Virus record (IMG/VR): IMGVR_UViG_3300005601_000004
Coordinates: 1-45,719 of that record
DNA: 45,719 nucleotides
Source of the DNA: a virus
Lineage: Duplodnaviria > Caudoviricetes
Direction: 5' to 3' (one strand)
Shown here one piece after another: positions 44,463 to 45,719 of the stretch (position 1 is the stretch's first letter; the number at the start of each line of letters is the position of its first letter). The notes beneath the pieces are model-generated. The model searched no databases. It was given only the letters and a program-made list of their open reading frames with translations, and had not been told where the DNA came from. A program made the position numbers and the translations under genes.

Positions 44463-45004
44463 AGACCAATGACCAAATCGAACAAGCGTTCATCGAAGCC
44501 GTCGGCACCCCGCAAAAGGCAACTCAGGAAACGGTCGCCCAGGCGTGTGAAGCCGTTCTTGCGAAAGCCACCGCAGTCTTCGGTCCGGGCGTCTACGTGA
44601 ACGGCAAGCTCAATGCCGACATGCAGGGCATCTCGTTCCGCTACAAGCGCCCCGCCATTCGTCAGCGTCTCGAGTTCTTCGTGCCTGTTGCGGTCGACAA
44701 GCCGCCGCGCAAGAAGGACATTGACGACGACGCGAAAACGACGAGCCAGAAGAAGTCGAAGAAGGCGAAGCAGGAGGACAACGCAGGCAATGACGACGCC
44801 GGCGCTTCTGGCTCGCCTCAGGACGACGCGCCGGTCGATCGCCTGATGATCCTCGAGGCTGCTGCGAGCGACCTGAGCGATGACGACTTCATGGGCGACG
44901 GTCGCCCGCATGTCGATGCGGTGAACGATCAGCTGGAAGAAGGTGTCGAGCCGTTCACTGCCTCCGAGCGTGACGAGCTGTGGGCACAACGCGCCGGCGA
45001 ATAA
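44459..45004 (+). CDS. Hypothetical protein, last late gene
   Basis: GTGA coupling; two domains with a charged linker. Confidence 0.65.
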   Translation: MKTNDQIEQAFIEAVGTPQKATQETVAQACEAVLAKATAVFGPGVYVNGKLNADMQGISFRYKRPAIRQRLEFFVPVAVDKPPRKKDIDDDAKTTSQKKSKKAKQEDNAGNDDAGASGSPQDDAPVDRLMILEAAASDLSDDDFMGDGRPHVDAVNDQLEEGVEPFTASERDELWAQRAGE

Positions 45005-45023
45005 CAGGCAGCCACTCGAGCAG

Positions 45024-45070
45024 CTACTAAGAAGCCCCGGCATCTTGATTGATGACCGGGGCCCTTTAGT
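45024..45070. terminator. Probable bidirectional terminator
   Basis: GCCCCGG-CATC...GATG-A-CCGGGGC stem between convergent genes. Confidence 0.55.
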
Positions 45071-45108
45071 GGTTGAGCAGGAACCGAAGTGCCTGCGTCA
45101 GGTTGGAC

Positions 45109-45480
45109 TCATTCGGCGTCCGCGTCGGCCTTCGCCTTGCGGGAGCGGGGCTTGCGAGTCGTGGTCGCCTTCGCCGTGGTCTTCGCCTTGCCCTTGGCGG
45201 GCTTCTCGTCGGCGTCGTCCTTGGGCTGGGCGACACGCTTGGCCGACCGTTCCTTCATCGACTTCACGATGGCGTCGAAGTCCTTCTTGGTGTTCCAGCC
45301 GTACTTGTTGCCGAACTCCTTCTCGACGCCGAGCTCACGGAGCGCGACACGCACCGACGCCGGCTGCAGGCCGGAGGCCTCGACCAGGTCGTTCACGCCG
45401 TACTTCGGTTCGTCCTTTGCCGGCGCCTTGGTTTCGGCTTCGGTTTCCTTGGTTGCTTTCGCAGTTGCCTTGCGGGCCAT
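45109..45480 (-). CDS. Lys/Ala-rich protein with central HTH-like domain
   Basis: GAGGAG SD; YGVNDLVEASGLQPASVRVALRELG...YGW flanked by K/A/T-rich arms. Confidence 0.8.
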   Translation of the reverse strand: MARKATAKATKETEAETKAPAKDEPKYGVNDLVEASGLQPASVRVALRELGVEKEFGNKYGWNTKKDFDAIVKSMKERSAKRVAQPKDDADEKPAKGKAKTTAKATTTRKPRSRKAKADADAE

Positions 45481-45719
45481 GATCTTACTCCTCGTTTCAG
45501 GTGTTTGAGCGTCCGTTCAGTGTTGAACTTTTTTACTATTACGAGATCGAACAGGTCCTCGTCAATAGTGTTTTTCGAGCACAGGACATAAAACTCTGAC
45601 GGCCGATCCTTTCCTTTGGCCGACAGTCGAGCCTTCATTTGATCCCAGTCACGATAGGAATGCGTCATGCTATACACGATGGCGTGGGACGACTTCCACA
45701 GATCGACGCCTGTTCCTCC
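45393..45719 (-). CDS. SNF2-family helicase, C-terminal part
   Basis: ...VDLWKS|SHAIVYS....DQMKARL...NTIDE continues in frame from position 1. Confidence 0.85.
   Translation of the reverse strand, partial: GGTGVDLWKSSHAIVYSMTHSYRDWDQMKARLSAKGKDRPSEFYVLCSKNTIDEDLFDLVIVKKFNTERTLKHLKRGVRSWPARQLRKQPRKPKPKPRRRQRTNRSTA
45690..45719. repeat. 30-bp terminal direct repeat, copy 2
   Basis: Identical to 1-30. Confidence 0.95.

Noticed and set aside
1-45719. tRNA genes, CtrA boxes (TTAA-N7-TTAA), reverse transcriptase/DGR, introns or inteins
   Set aside because: None seen by eye; tRNAscan-SE, Infernal and a motif scan would be needed to exclude them

Overview
This window is a complete, circularly permuted ~45.7 kb tailed dsDNA phage genome. 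Bases 1-30 equal 45690-45719 and a SNF2 helicase reads through the join. It is a siphovirus with HK97-type head genes and RcGTA-like tail-tip genes, so the host is probably an alphaproteobacterium (inference). No integrase was found, so it is probably lytic. Layout: (i) leftward replication/nucleotide-metabolism arm (1-12312, 45109-45719); (ii) Cro-like HTH plus primase-helicase (12393-14563); (iii) accessory/early region (14620-23053); (iv) packaging, head, tail and lysis genes (23109-45004). Most notable: (1) a probable cytosine-modification pathway with TWO divergent thymidylate-synthase-fold proteins, both carrying the dCMP-type Asp, plus a dNMP kinase, a MazG-like pyrophosphatase, a dCMP deaminase and a PolA with a degenerate UDG domain; (2) apparent mimics of conserved proteins in the accessory region: a second capsid paralog lacking the delta domain and E-loop, a 37-aa peptide made of two PolA palm motifs in swapped order, and a stand-alone NAD-ligase Ia domain; (3) four paralogous small HTH proteins; (4) a non-coding region bracketed by an 18-bp perfect inverted repeat. 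All calls come from motif recognition by eye; no searches were run.
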